From Prochlorococcus sp. AG-424-E20 (lineage in GTDB: Bacteria > Cyanobacteriota > Cyanobacteriia > PCC-6307 > Cyanobiaceae): a DNA stretch of 56,824 nt. The position numbers and the translations under genes are program-made. This document shows, in pieces, positions 39,805 through 51,396 of the stretch. Under the pieces are notes generated by a model. It had not been told where the DNA came from and did not search any database. It worked only from the letters and a program-made list of their open reading frames with translations. Position 1 is the first letter of the stretch; each line of letters starts with the position of its first letter. The stretch spans positions 1 through 56,824 of the forward strand of contig QCND01000001.1 of NCBI GenBank assembly GCA_003213355.1, written 5' to 3'.

Positions 39805-40098
39805 CCTTTTTGGTCTTACTAGCTTTTCTAGTATTTAGATTAATTAGATTCTTATTGTTGTCACTGAGTTCCTTAGGATTGCTTCTAAATAATTAAAGAA
39901 TGAAAGAAGCCTCTCTTCTCCTCAGTTCTTGCAATCATTAATATGTAGGCGCGTAATAACTCTTCTTCAACTTGTTAAAAAATGATCTTCTAATGTGTAT
40001 TGATAGTCACATATTGAAGAGGCATATAACCAAGAGCGCTAGGAAAAACAAAGCCTAAAGTATATGAGGTAGTAAAACTAGAAGCACTAGTTAAAAAT

Positions 40099-41298
40099 TT
40101 GAAAAATCTCAGTAAAGTTCTTCTATTCCCTGTTGCGATAGGTCTTCTTGCTCCAGCAGCTGTCGAGGCTGGAGGTGGCGATCATAAAGGTCATCATGAT
40201 CACCATGTTGGTGACATGAATATGGGGGATTCATACCCTTCAACTATGTTCATGGGAAAAACGACTTTTGTTTTGGGTGGAGTAGAGGGCGTAAGTGATT
40301 CTGGAATGGGTGGAATGGGTGGAATGGGTGGAATGGGTGGAATGTCTACTTCTGAGGAAAAGGATGGGACAGTTTTTCATTACGATACAAAGCTGATGTT
40401 TATGACCAGTTTTACTGGCCAAGACATGCTTAAGACTGCTGTTCGCGTAGGTAATTTTGGCATGATGGAGCCCTTCGGGATGATGGGTGAGGCAAGATTA
40501 GATACTGCTTTTAGTAGTAATGATTCGTTAGAGCTTCACAAGGCTTATTACCAATTCCCTGTTGGAGGCGATATTCAAGTAACTTTTGGCCCCAAGCTTC
40601 GTCAAGATGATTTACTTGGTGTGTGGCCAAGTGCTTACCCAGGCGATGGAGTTTTATTTGTACTAAACCAGGCAGGAGCAAATGATACCTATTCCAAAAA
40701 GATGGGTGCTGGAGCTGGAATTACTTGGTCCAATGAAAAGTTAGTTGCTTCTGCACTTTTCGTTTCAGAAGACGCATCAAATTCTTCAATTGGCTTCTTA
40801 GCCGATGAAGGTAAAGACCACATAACAACTCAGTTGGCATGGGTTGATGAGAAATTTACTGTTGCAGCTGCATATACAAAGGCTGATAACGGGAAGACTG
40901 ACAATTCTCCTGATATTAACGACTACTCTTCTTTTGGGGTTAGTGGTAGCTATCAACTTGGCGATGACTATAGCTTGAGTGCAGGGATGGGATGGAAAAA
41001 TCCTGATAATGAGGATAGCCCTGATACTGCGATGAATAAGGTGGAAGATGGTAATACATGGTCTGTTGGATTCTTATGGAATGATGCGTTCATTGAGGGA
41101 AATAAGTTTGGTTTTGGCATTGGAACAGCCGAAACACATAGAGATGATAGTGGCTATGACGATCCTTTGGCTTGGGAGGCTTTTTATGATTTCAAAGTGA
41201 ACGATAACGTTACAGTTACTCCAGCTGTCTTTGTTATCGAGAAAGATGGTAAAGAAGACGTTAATGGAGCTTTGGTGAAAACCACTTTCGAGTTCTGA
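40099..41298 (+). CDS. Cyanobacterial porin with His- and Met-rich N-terminal region, no SLH
   Basis: Signal peptide, HKGHHDHH, SFTGQDML, YYQFPVG, WEAFY-FKVNDNVTVTPAVF, terminal KTTFEF. Confidence 0.9.
   Translation: MKNLSKVLLFPVAIGLLAPAAVEAGGGDHKGHHDHHVGDMNMGDSYPSTMFMGKTTFVLGGVEGVSDSGMGGMGGMGGMGGMSTSEEKDGTVFHYDTKLMFMTSFTGQDMLKTAVRVGNFGMMEPFGMMGEARLDTAFSSNDSLELHKAYYQFPVGGDIQVTFGPKLRQDDLLGVWPSAYPGDGVLFVLNQAGANDTYSKKMGAGAGITWSNEKLVASALFVSEDASNSSIGFLADEGKDHITTQLAWVDEKFTVAAAYTKADNGKTDNSPDINDYSSFGVSGSYQLGDDYSLSAGMGWKNPDNEDSPDTAMNKVEDGNTWSVGFLWNDAFIEGNKFGFGIGTAETHRDDSGYDDPLAWEAFYDFKVNDNVTVTPAVFVIEKDGKEDVNGALVKTTFEF
40303..40344 (+). repeat. Perfect 9-nt tandem repeat (GGAATGGGT) x ~4.7 encoding (GMG)n
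   Basis: Directly visible in the sequence. Confidence 0.95.
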
Positions 41299-41452
41299 TG
41301 CTAATGTTTGCTTTTACTTTGATTAAGCTAATTGAGTAGACAATATAAAAGACATTATCTCTATAATAGAGATTTAATTTCTGAAGAGTGACAATAATGA
41401 CTATTTATATTTAAAGATCTATTATCAAGATTCATAAGGGTTTAATTCAATT

Positions 41453-41935
41453 ATGACTAAGGCTTCAAAGTATATTTTGATTATAGTTTTTGCTTTTCTT
41501 ATTCATGTTTTTTCTCAACCAGTTGATGCATGTGTTGAAGGCTTGAAATGGGGAATGGATCTGTCGAATGTAGAGAATCATCTTGGTGTCTCTTTGATTC
41601 CTATCAAAGAAAAAACAAATCAGAATCTATTCGAAGTGAAAGATATTCAAATAAGTGGTTTACCTGTAGAGGCTCTGAGAGTTCGGATAGAAAAGGAGGC
41701 CGGATTAAGACAACTTGCTTATGAAATTGATAACGAAAACATGACGGAGGTTTTAGCAGGATTGCGCTATCGTTTTGGTTCTCCAGTTGGAACAAATGTT
41801 GATATGGAAGACGGATCGCCTGAGCAACAATGGATATGGCACACAGGGGAAGATTTGATCGTCGCAGTTAGGAGTAATCACAGGCCGTTTTTGCTTTCTT
41901 ATCGACCTTCACTATTAGATCCCTCGTTTCTCTAG
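41453..41935 (+). CDS. Hypothetical exported protein
   Basis: Signal peptide; GLKWGM...RFGSP...W pattern. Confidence 0.7.
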   Translation: MTKASKYILIIVFAFLIHVFSQPVDACVEGLKWGMDLSNVENHLGVSLIPIKEKTNQNLFEVKDIQISGLPVEALRVRIEKEAGLRQLAYEIDNENMTEVLAGLRYRFGSPVGTNVDMEDGSPEQQWIWHTGEDLIVAVRSNHRPFLLSYRPSLLDPSFL

Positions 41936-41979
41936 GAGAGATTTTTCAAAAGTTGAAGGGAATACCCTTTTTAGTTGAA

Positions 41980-42726
41980 TTAGTAATTTTTACCGAAATT
42001 TGACTGCTGTTTAACAAGCTCGAAGAACTCCTGCTTCAAGCTTGCATCATGACGAAAATCACCCCTAACAATTGAATTGATCATGCTGGTTTCTGGCTCT
42101 TTTACTCCTCTCCATTTCATGCAATAATGTTGAGCTTTAACAAGAATTGCTAGGCCTTTAGGTTCACACAAACGTTCTATTTCATCGGCAAGAATCATTA
42201 CGGCTTCTTCTTGAATATGTGGCCTAGAAAAAACCCAATCAGCTACTCTTGCAAATTTAGAAATTCCAATAACTTTTTCTCCTGGTTTTATTCCTATCCA
42301 GCAATCTCCAAGAATTGGGACAAGGTGATGAGAACATGCAGATCGAACAGTAATTGGACCAAGTGTATAAATCTCGTCTAAATTTCTATCATTAGGGAAA
42401 TTGGTTACTTTAGGTTGAGGGTGGTATCTGCCTTTGAATACTTCATTGAGATACATTCTGGAAACTCGTTCTGCAGTCTCTTGAGTGTTGTGGTCATTAT
42501 CAACATCAATCAACAAAGTTTTCAGCAAATCTCTAACTCTCGTTGCAACTTCTCTCTCAAGAGTTTCTAATTCTCCAGGTTGAATGAAATCAGAAATATT
42601 ATCATTTGCATGAAATCTAGCTCCATTGGCTTGAATGCGTTCACGAATTATTTCTGAGACTAATTTGCAAGAAATTTGATCTTTTAAATTATCCTTAACA
42701 TTCTCATTAGGAGCAGTAGAAGTCAT
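41980..42726 (-). CDS. folE: GTP cyclohydrolase I
   Basis: ETAERV, SACSHHLVP, GISKFARV, IQEE, HYCMKWRGV. Confidence 0.95.
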   Translation of the reverse strand: MTSTAPNENVKDNLKDQISCKLVSEIIRERIQANGARFHANDNISDFIQPGELETLEREVATRVRDLLKTLLIDVDNDHNTQETAERVSRMYLNEVFKGRYHPQPKVTNFPNDRNLDEIYTLGPITVRSACSHHLVPILGDCWIGIKPGEKVIGISKFARVADWVFSRPHIQEEAVMILADEIERLCEPKGLAILVKAQHYCMKWRGVKEPETSMINSIVRGDFRHDASLKQEFFELVKQQSNFGKNY

Positions 42727-42987
42727 AACCTTTGTTTGTAAGGGGAAAAACCGATGACATACATTTAGAGCGCTAAGACCCTAACATATCGAGATCACTT
42801 TCGTTATGAGAAGAATACCTAGGCGTTTTCCTTCGAATCATTAGTCACAATTATTTTCTAAGGGAAGATCTTTGTCATTTCAGGAGTGATTACAGTTTTG
42901 ATAAAAGAAGAAATATTTGAATAAGTGTGCTTTATTTTGAGCAGCTTCTTTCAGTCAAATTTTCTCTAAAGCCATAAAAAAACTTTA

Positions 42988-43059
42988 TGCCGATGAGTGG
43001 AATTGAACCACCGACCTACTGGTTACGAATCAGTTGCTCTACCCCTGAGCTACACCGGC
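42988..43059 (-). tRNA. tRNA-Thr(CGT)
   Basis: GCCGGTG acceptor/CATCGGC, D-arm TAGCTCAG-GGTAGAGC, anticodon loop TT-CGT-AA, GGTTCAATTCC; no encoded CCA. Confidence 0.95.
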
Positions 43060-43095
43060 ACTAGAATAAATTTATCATCTTTAATTTAATTTTTT

Positions 43096-43362
43096 TTGAG
43101 TAACTCTAATAAGCCTGAATCCAATCTGGATCCTAATTTAAAGGCTAAATTATTGAAGGAGACTAAAAATCCTTACCGGGGCTTGAGAAGAGCTGTTTGG
43201 ATCGCACTCTTTGGGTCAGCGGCCCTAGGTTTGTTTATTATGCTTACAAATATCATTGCGGGAGATACTGTATCTATCAATGATCTTGCAATCCAATCCT
43301 CAGCATTAGTAATTCTAGGATTTTTGTTATTTAAGGACAGGAGTAAAGAGGAAGCAAATTAG
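43096..43362 (+). CDS. DUF3493-family small membrane protein
   Basis: LLKE-KNPYRGLRR...ALFGSAALG plus two TM helices. Confidence 0.75.
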   Translation: MSNSNKPESNLDPNLKAKLLKETKNPYRGLRRAVWIALFGSAALGLFIMLTNIIAGDTVSINDLAIQSSALVILGFLLFKDRSKEEAN

Positions 43363-43420
43363 TTTTCAAGCTTTTATTGATTATATTTATTCAGGTATTA
43401 GCTCTGACTAATAAGCTTAG

Positions 43421-46400
43421 CTAATTAGTCAGCTTTCTCCTTTGAGTTACTAGCTTGAAGGCTTCGATTTGATCTCCTTCTTCCCAGTTTGCGAAGCGAT
43501 CACAGCCTATTCCGCATTCGAAGCCTGTTGATACATCTTTAACGTCATCTTTGTTTCTTTTTAGTGAATCTAGATCGCCTTCAAAAACGATTTGCTTTCC
43601 TCTTTTGACTCTGGCCCTACAATTTCGTTGTATTTTTCCATTTGTTACATAGCAACCAGCAACGGCACTTTTGCCAATTGAGAATATTGCTCTAACCTCA
43701 GCAACTCCCAATGCTTCTTCTATCATTTCCGGTTCTAGAAGACCTTCCATCGCTAGTTGGATATCTTCTAATAGTTTATAAATAACCTCGTACTCTCTTA
43801 CGTCAACTCCATTTGCATCAGCTGCTCGTTTAGCACCTGATGCCATTGAAGTGTTGAATCCAACGATGACTGCACCAGAGGCTGCTGCTAAATCAACATC
43901 AGTCTCAGTAATTTCACCTGGAGCTGATAGCAATACTCTTACTTGGACTTCGTCTTTAGGAAGTTGTTCTAGAGAACCAAGTATTGCTTCTAAACTTCCT
44001 TGCACATCAGCTTTCAGGATGATATTTAATTCCTTAAGTTCACCCTCACTTGCTTGACCAGACATTGACGAAAGTGATACTCGCCTAGAAGCCATTTGCT
44101 GTGCAAGTCTTGCTGCACGAGCATCTGTAGCACGTTCACCAACCACGGCTCTTGCGGCTTTTTCATCTGGATATACCTCGAACTCATCACCAGCTGTTGG
44201 TACTTCGCTAAATCCAAGCGCTTCTACTGGGCAAGATGGACCTGCTTCTTTAATTCTGGATCCATTTTCATCTACCATTGCTCTTACTTTTCCAAGCACT
44301 GGACCAGCTGCTACTACATCTCCCGACTTGAGAGTACCGTTTTGTACTAGTAATGTCGCAACAGGTCCTTTAGCTTTATCTAAGTGAGCTTCAATAACTG
44401 TACCTTTAGCTAACCTGTCTGGGTTTGCTTGTAAATCCTCGACCTCAGTTACTAGCAAAACCATCTCTAAAAGTTTATCGATGTTTTCGCCTTTAATGGC
44501 ACTAACGGGAACCATTACTACGTCTCCTCCCCATTCTTCTGACAATAAATCCTGCTCTGATAACTCTTGTTTTACGCGATCGGGAGAAGATCCTTCTTTA
44601 TCAATTTTGTTGATTGCTACGACAATAGGGACTTTTGCTGCTCTTGCATGGCTAATAGCTTCGAGGGTTTGAGGTCTAACGCCATCATCAGCCGCTACAA
44701 CTAAAATCGCTACATCTGTAACCCTGGTGCCTCTAGCTCTCATCGCTGTAAAAGCTTCATGTCCAGGGGTGTCAAGAAAAGTTAGTTTCTTAGTTGATCC
44801 ATCATGTTCAGTCTCAATTTGATAAGCACCAATATGTTGAGTAATGCCTCCAGCTTCACCTGCTGCAACCCTTGCTTTTCTAATAGCGTCTAGTAAAGAT
44901 GTTTTCCCATGATCAACGTGCCCCATTACCGTAACGACGGGAGGTCTTCTTATTAAGTATTTTAAATCTCCCTCCTCAATCATTTCAACTGTCTTCTTCG
45001 CTGCTTCCTCAACATCATCTTGAAGAACAGGTACTCCGAATTCCTCGGCAACTGTTTCGATTGTCGCTAGATCAAGTGATTGAGTAACAGTTGCAGTAAT
45101 TCCTTTGAAAAATAATGATTTAATGATTTCGGAACTCTCAACACTCAACATGTCAGCAAGCTCTTGAACTGTGAGATTGTCTTCTGGAACAACAATCATT
45201 TCCGGTCTTACAAGTTTTGCCTCCCTAGCGGCTCTTAATTCCATCGCACGTCTTCGTTGCCTTTGGCGAGTTGTTTCTTTTTTACGTTTTTTCAGAGCAG
45301 TTAAAGGCTTCCCATTGTTTCTCTTCCCCGATTTGGGCTTCGATGGTCGTGCCAAGCTTGCCGAGAGAACAACTGCTTGTTGCTCTCCAGCGAATCCACC
45401 TCTTTCTGCAGTTAGTGCATCATCATTTTCTCCAATGATGTGGACCTTTTGACGCTGTTTTTGGGGGGATTTATTTCTTAAAGCATCAAGCTTTGCACTG
45501 TCATCCCAATCAGGTCTTCCTGTCCTTCTTGGGGCTGCAGGAGTACCTCCAGGCCTATGAGCTGGCTTTTTAGGAGCTGCTGGAGTTGGCCTGTTTACCG
45601 GTGGCCTTGCTCCAGTTGAGTTTTCTCTTTTAGGTCTAGGGCTAGTTGAGGAATCAGTTTTTCTTTGTGGAGTATTTGGTCTGGCTTGTGGCTTTTGCAG
45701 TTGCATCAATTCACTAGGTGCAACCGGTTTTCTCATGCCAGACGGAACCCCTGGTCGATTATTAGAACGGTTTGGCCCACCCAAGGATCTGGTAGGAACT
45801 CCGGGTCTATTTTGCATCCCCCCTCGATTTGGAGGTCCATTACGAACTTGCGTTCCTGCTCGATTATTAGCTCCTGGACGGTTTTGCCCTTGAGTAGTTC
45901 GATTGGGTGCTCCCCCTCGATTGAGGCCTTGTCGATTTGGCGAACCAGGTCGACCTGACCCTCCCATTCTGTTATTAGGACTAGGTCGATTTGATAATCC
46001 TTGACGATTTGCTGAGGCTGGTGGTTTTGGTGCGCCAGGCCTTGATGGCATTAGGGGCTTTTTTCTTACTTCGTTCGTCTGAGGTTTATTGACAGGTTTT
46101 TCTCTTCGTATTGGGGCACCTACAAGTTCAAGAGTATTTCCTTTAGTTGGAGGCTGAGTCGTCCTCGATGGTGAATCCTGTTTATTTTGACTTTTGATTT
46201 TTTGGATATTACCTTGAGCAACTTTCTGAGGAGAAATATCACCTCGACTAATTCTTGTTTTTGCCTTTTGGTTATTAGGTTGTAAGTCTTTTTTATCTTG
46301 AATATTTATTTTTGGTCTGCTTGGTGGTGCTAATGGTCTCTTTGGTTCCTGAGGATTAATTTGCTGTGGTTGACCAATTGTTTTTTTTGGAAATTCAGAT

Positions 46401-46972
46401 CTTTTTGGTTGGTTTATGGATTGGCCATCTTTTTTTTGTTCGGAATGTGGAATCGTCCGCTCGGATTTATTTAAGGGCTTGGAAATAGTTGGTTTTACTT
46501 CTTCTCTTGGCTTGGGAGGTAATGGTTTGTTTGGTTTAGAGGGTGCGGTTATTTGCTGTTGTGCAGGAAATTTATTTTTTAAAGCTTTTTGGTTATTAGC
46601 TTGAGAAGATTCTTGGCTTTTAATTAAAGTTTGATTTGGTTTTAAAGGAGTATTTAACTTTGCTTGTGAAAGCTCTGATTGATCGGGGGTTGTTTTCTGT
46701 GGTTCGGTCTTCTGAACCTTTTGAGTTTTGACAGGACTTTTTTTTACGGAGAGAATTTGTTTGTCTAATGTCTTGCTGGATTTACCGGTCGTTTTTATAG
46801 TATTGCTTTTTTTTAGAAAATCTTTGATTTGATTTGCCTCAAGACTGCTTATCGAGCTGCTGTGGCTCTTTGCTGCTATTGCAAGTTTTCGGGCTGCGTC
46901 TAGCACATCTTTATTGTCAAGGCTTAAATCCTTGGACAATTCATAAATTCTGATTTTGCCGCTGCTGGTCAT
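43421..46972 (-). CDS. infB: Translation initiation factor IF-2
   Basis: KIRIYELS, long P/R/N/Q-rich linker, [20 protein letters not shown]. Confidence 0.99.
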   Translation of the reverse strand: MTSSGKIRIYELSKDLSLDNKDVLDAARKLAIAAKSHSSSISSLEANQIKDFLKKSNTIKTTGKSSKTLDKQILSVKKSPVKTQKVQKTEPQKTTPDQSELSQAKLNTPLKPNQTLIKSQESSQANNQKALKNKFPAQQQITAPSKPNKPLPPKPREEVKPTISKPLNKSERTIPHSEQKKDGQSINQPKRSEFPKKTIGQPQQINPQEPKRPLAPPSRPKINIQDKKDLQPNNQKAKTRISRGDISPQKVAQGNIQKIKSQNKQDSPSRTTQPPTKGNTLELVGAPIRREKPVNKPQTNEVRKKPLMPSRPGAPKPPASANRQGLSNRPSPNNRMGGSGRPGSPNRQGLNRGGAPNRTTQGQNRPGANNRAGTQVRNGPPNRGGMQNRPGVPTRSLGGPNRSNNRPGVPSGMRKPVAPSELMQLQKPQARPNTPQRKTDSSTSPRPKRENSTGARPPVNRPTPAAPKKPAHRPGGTPAAPRRTGRPDWDDSAKLDALRNKSPQKQRQKVHIIGENDDALTAERGGFAGEQQAVVLSASLARPSKPKSGKRNNGKPLTALKKRKKETTRQRQRRRAMELRAAREAKLVRPEMIVVPEDNLTVQELADMLSVESSEIIKSLFFKGITATVTQSLDLATIETVAEEFGVPVLQDDVEEAAKKTVEMIEEGDLKYLIRRPPVVTVMGHVDHGKTSLLDAIRKARVAAGEAGGITQHIGAYQIETEHDGSTKKLTFLDTPGHEAFTAMRARGTRVTDVAILVVAADDGVRPQTLEAISHARAAKVPIVVAINKIDKEGSSPDRVKQELSEQDLLSEEWGGDVVMVPVSAIKGENIDKLLEMVLLVTEVEDLQANPDRLAKGTVIEAHLDKAKGPVATLLVQNGTLKSGDVVAAGPVLGKVRAMVDENGSRIKEAGPSCPVEALGFSEVPTAGDEFEVYPDEKAARAVVGERATDARAARLAQQMASRRVSLSSMSGQASEGELKELNIILKADVQGSLEAILGSLEQLPKDEVQVRVLLSAPGEITETDVDLAAASGAVIVGFNTSMASGAKRAADANGVDVREYEVIYKLLEDIQLAMEGLLEPEMIEEALGVAEVRAIFSIGKSAVAGCYVTNGKIQRNCRARVKRGKQIVFEGDLDSLKRNKDDVKDVSTGFECGIGCDRFANWEEGDQIEAFKLVTQRRKLTN

Positions 46973-47032
46973 TAATGTTGTGCTTGAACTTTAGATTTGG
47001 TTTTTGAGTTGACTGAGTTCACTTGATGAACA

Positions 47033-47308
47033 TCATGCCTCAGTATCTGAATCAATGCAGGTATTAAGTTGTTTTTGGAGCATAGTGAAAACGCTTGAGT
47101 GAATATCACATCTCAAAGCCTTTTGTAATCTTTTACGCTTCAAAGCTTCTTCAAAACATGACTCAGTTGGACAGAGATAGGCTGATCTTCCCATCCCGCC
47201 TGAGAAAATTACTCCATTCTGAAAATCTCTAGTAACTTTTAAAAAATACTTGCGATCAAGAACTTTTTTGCAAGCTACACACCTACGCAGAATGGGGTTT
47301 TGACTCAC
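47033..47308 (-). CDS. ylxR: YlxR/DUF448 RNA-binding protein
   Basis: RRCVACK, GRSAYLC; located between nusA and infB. Confidence 0.92.
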   Translation of the reverse strand: MSQNPILRRCVACKKVLDRKYFLKVTRDFQNGVIFSGGMGRSAYLCPTESCFEEALKRKRLQKALRCDIHSSVFTMLQKQLNTCIDSDTEA

Positions 47309-48798
47309 CGGGTTCCTTCCTCTTCTGTAATTATTTTATCTTCAGCAGTAACCGTTTCTTCGTTTGTTTCCTCAATATCACTTTCTTCAGTTTCCGTTTC
47401 ATCAGTATCGATATTTGAATCAATTTCAGAAGAATCAAAATCAGATTCAGATTCTCTTTCATTGATATCTATGTCTGACAATTGCTCATTTTGAAAGTCT
47501 TCTTCGTCTTCTGGTAAGGGGTAAAGCTCTCTTAGGCGTGCATCTTCCTCAGCTCTAGCAGTCTGTTCTGCCTCTAATCTCTTCTCAGCTTCTCTCTGTA
47601 AAGATTCTTCTTCTTCTCTTTGAGAAATTAATTCGGCAACCTCCGAATCCTCAGTAGCTTGATCATATTCTTGTGAATTTTTGATATCTATTTTCCATCC
47701 TGTAAGCCTTGCAGCAAGTCTTACATTTTGCCCTTCTCTACCGATTGCGAGGCTAAGTTGATCTGGAGGAACTAAGACATGAGCATGCTGGCCTTCTGGA
47801 TCCACAAGTCTAACTACTTCAACTCTTGCAGGACTTAATGAATTGCAGATGTATTGAACAGGGTCTGAAGACCAACGAATTACATCTATTTTTTCTCCAC
47901 GAAGTTCATTTACTACTTGTTGAATTCGAGCCCCTCTAGCACCAATACATGCTCCAACGGGGTCTACCTCTCTTTCAATACTGTCAACAGCTACTTTTGT
48001 TCTGGGACCTACTGCTCTTGAAGGTGGATTTGCTTCACGAGCAACAGCAACTATACGTACTGAACCTTCTTGAATTTCAGGAACTTCATTCTCAAATAAA
48101 TAGACAACCAATCCAGCGTTTGACCTGCTAACAAAAAGTTGAGGTCCTCTTCTAGGAATTTCACTAACTTCTTTGAGAAATACTTTAAATGTTGCGTTTG
48201 CTCGATAATTATCATTTGGCAATTGATCTCGTCTTGGAAGCTCTGCTTCTACTTCTGGTCTACCTAAGCCAGAGCTTACTGCCATAATTACTGACTGCCT
48301 TTCAAATCTAATCACCCTTGCAGTTAGAACTGGATCTTCTAGATCAGCAAATTCCTCTTGAATCATTCTTCTTTGCTGATCTCTCAATTTTTGAGCTAAA
48401 ACTTGCTTTGTTGTAGCTGCAGCCATTCTTCCAAAGTCTTCTTTCTCTGGAGTCACATCTAATACAACTGTGTCGCCAACTTGAGCGTCGTCAGCAACTT
48501 GCATAACCTCTGCTATTGCTATTTGATGATCATCACTCTCAACTTCCTCAACTATGATTTTACTCGCTAAAACTCTATACCCCTCCTCTTCTAGATCTAA
48601 GCCAACATCAAAGTTACTAAAATAATCTTCTTCAAAAGGATCTTCGCTGATACCTAAATAAAGAGTTCTTCGATATCGTTCATAACCTTTTAAAAGTGCT
48701 TCTCTCAAAGCAGCTTCGACGACTTGTGATGGAAGCTTTTTTTCCTCACTAATGTCTTCAATTAAGTTATTTAAGCCTGGGAGTAGAACAAGAGCCAT
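47305..48798 (-). CDS. nusA: Transcription factor NusA
   Basis: FGRMAA-TTKQV, EVPEI, DPVGACIG, LSLAIGREGQNVRLAA. Confidence 0.98.
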   Translation of the reverse strand: MALVLLPGLNNLIEDISEEKKLPSQVVEAALREALLKGYERYRRTLYLGISEDPFEEDYFSNFDVGLDLEEEGYRVLASKIIVEEVESDDHQIAIAEVMQVADDAQVGDTVVLDVTPEKEDFGRMAAATTKQVLAQKLRDQQRRMIQEEFADLEDPVLTARVIRFERQSVIMAVSSGLGRPEVEAELPRRDQLPNDNYRANATFKVFLKEVSEIPRRGPQLFVSRSNAGLVVYLFENEVPEIQEGSVRIVAVAREANPPSRAVGPRTKVAVDSIEREVDPVGACIGARGARIQQVVNELRGEKIDVIRWSSDPVQYICNSLSPARVEVVRLVDPEGQHAHVLVPPDQLSLAIGREGQNVRLAARLTGWKIDIKNSQEYDQATEDSEVAELISQREEEESLQREAEKRLEAEQTARAEEDARLRELYPLPEDEEDFQNEQLSDIDINERESESDFDSSEIDSNIDTDETETEESDIEETNEETVTAEDKIITEEEGTR

Positions 48799-48853
48799 CG
48801 ATGATGGGATATAGAGATGAGAATGATTGGGTTAGATAATTACTATCTAGATT

Positions 48854-49324
48854 TTAACCAGAGGGTGTTGTGAGTCGGACTTGCGTAACGTCTTCGACCG
48901 GTATTCGCTGAGTTTTCCCCTTTTGATTTATATGGAGTTCATTATCTGTCCTTTTTAGAAGCAAACCATTTGTTTGTTGTTCAATTTTTTTTAAATCCTG
49001 ATAACTAACTTCAACAGGAAAACCTTTGAAAGTTTGAAAATCTTCTTCCTTTGTTAAAAAATCACCAATTCCCTCGCTGCTGATTTCTAGATTGAAAGGT
49101 TGATCAAGTATTGAAGAACCTTGGATAGCTTCATCAATATATTGACTAAGGATAGAACAGTCATCAATAGTGACTTTCTTATCAGGATTTTTGTGTCGGA
49201 TATTTACCTGAATTGATAAAGGGTTTAGATGAGTAAACATCTTAAAATCCGTTACATCAAAGCCATAATTAGTGGCTGACTTTGCTGTAAGAACCCTCAA
49301 TTCTGAAACGGTTTGATTAGACAA
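48854..49324 (-). CDS. rimP: Ribosome maturation factor RimP
   Basis: VTIDDC..LS, LEISSEG, F-G-PV; TTG at 49324 is the likely start. Confidence 0.9.
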   Translation of the reverse strand: MSNQTVSELRVLTAKSATNYGFDVTDFKMFTHLNPLSIQVNIRHKNPDKKVTIDDCSILSQYIDEAIQGSSILDQPFNLEISSEGIGDFLTKEEDFQTFKGFPVEVSYQDLKKIEQQTNGLLLKRTDNELHINQKGKTQRIPVEDVTQVRLTTPSG

Positions 49325-49419
49325 AAGGCAGTGTCGAAGTCGAGCAGGATGCCCGAGCGGTTTAAGTTTTGACCCGCCCCTATTCAAAGAGGTACCGTCA
49401 GGCAACTAAATATTACTAG

Positions 49420-50649
<1,230 letters not shown>

Positions 50650-50685
50650 AAATCTTGCTACTCTCTCTCGAAAAGGTATGACTAA

Positions 50686-51396
50686 ATGGATCTCCAAAAC
50701 CAGATGAAAAAAGCAGTTGCTCAAGCTGCTGTAGATCAAATTCAAAACGGTATGATTCTAGGCCTTGGCTCTGGTTCTACAGCAGCTTTGATGATTGAAG
50801 CTCTTGCTATAAAAATAAAATCAGGAGAAATTAAAGATGTTGTTGGAGTGACTACATCTTTTCAGGGTGAAGTTCTTGCTTCTGAATTAGGCATACCACT
50901 TAAATCTCTTTCATCTGTTTCAGAAATTGATCTTGCAATTGATGGTGCTGATGAAGTTGATCCCAAATTTCAATTAATCAAAGGAGGAGGAGCTTGTCAT
51001 GTGCAGGAAAAACTTGTTGCTGCTTTAGCTAAAAAATTTATAGTTGTTGTTGACTCAACTAAACTTGTTGAAAAATTGAACCTTGATTTCAAATTACCTG
51101 TAGAGGTTCTTCCTTCTGCTTGGAAACAAGTACAAAAAACATTAATAAATCTTGGAGGAGAAGGGAATCTAAGGATGGCTCAGAAAAAGGCTGGACCTAT
51201 AGTTACTGATCAGGGAAACTTGATACTGGATTTAACCTTTAGGAACGGTATTGATCAACCTGAACTATTGGAAAGTCAAATTAATAATATTCCAGGTGTC
51301 CTTGAAAATGGACTTTTTGTAAACCTTACTGATGAAGTATTGGTTGGGAAAGTAGAAAGTGATGTTGTGGGTGTTGAATCACTTAAAAAGATTTAG
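50686..51396 (+). CDS. rpiA: Ribose-5-phosphate isomerase A
   Basis: GLGSGST, DGADEVD, IKGGG. Confidence 0.98.
   Translation: MDLQNQMKKAVAQAAVDQIQNGMILGLGSGSTAALMIEALAIKIKSGEIKDVVGVTTSFQGEVLASELGIPLKSLSSVSEIDLAIDGADEVDPKFQLIKGGGACHVQEKLVAALAKKFIVVVDSTKLVEKLNLDFKLPVEVLPSAWKQVQKTLINLGGEGNLRMAQKKAGPIVTDQGNLILDLTFRNGIDQPELLESQINNIPGVLENGLFVNLTDEVLVGKVESDVVGVESLKKI

Noticed and set aside
39810-40095. Zur box or ORF in the DUF3721/porin divergent spacer
   Set aside because: Only weak partial matches to the Zur palindrome, and all frames checked are interrupted.
43017-43033. A-C mismatch at the base of the tRNA-Thr anticodon stem (pseudo-tRNA?)
   Set aside because: All other arms are canonical and a single mismatch here is tolerated.
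45400-46800. Quasi-repetitive Pro/Arg/Gly/Asn region in infB
   Set aside because: Normal disordered N-terminal linker of cyanobacterial IF-2.
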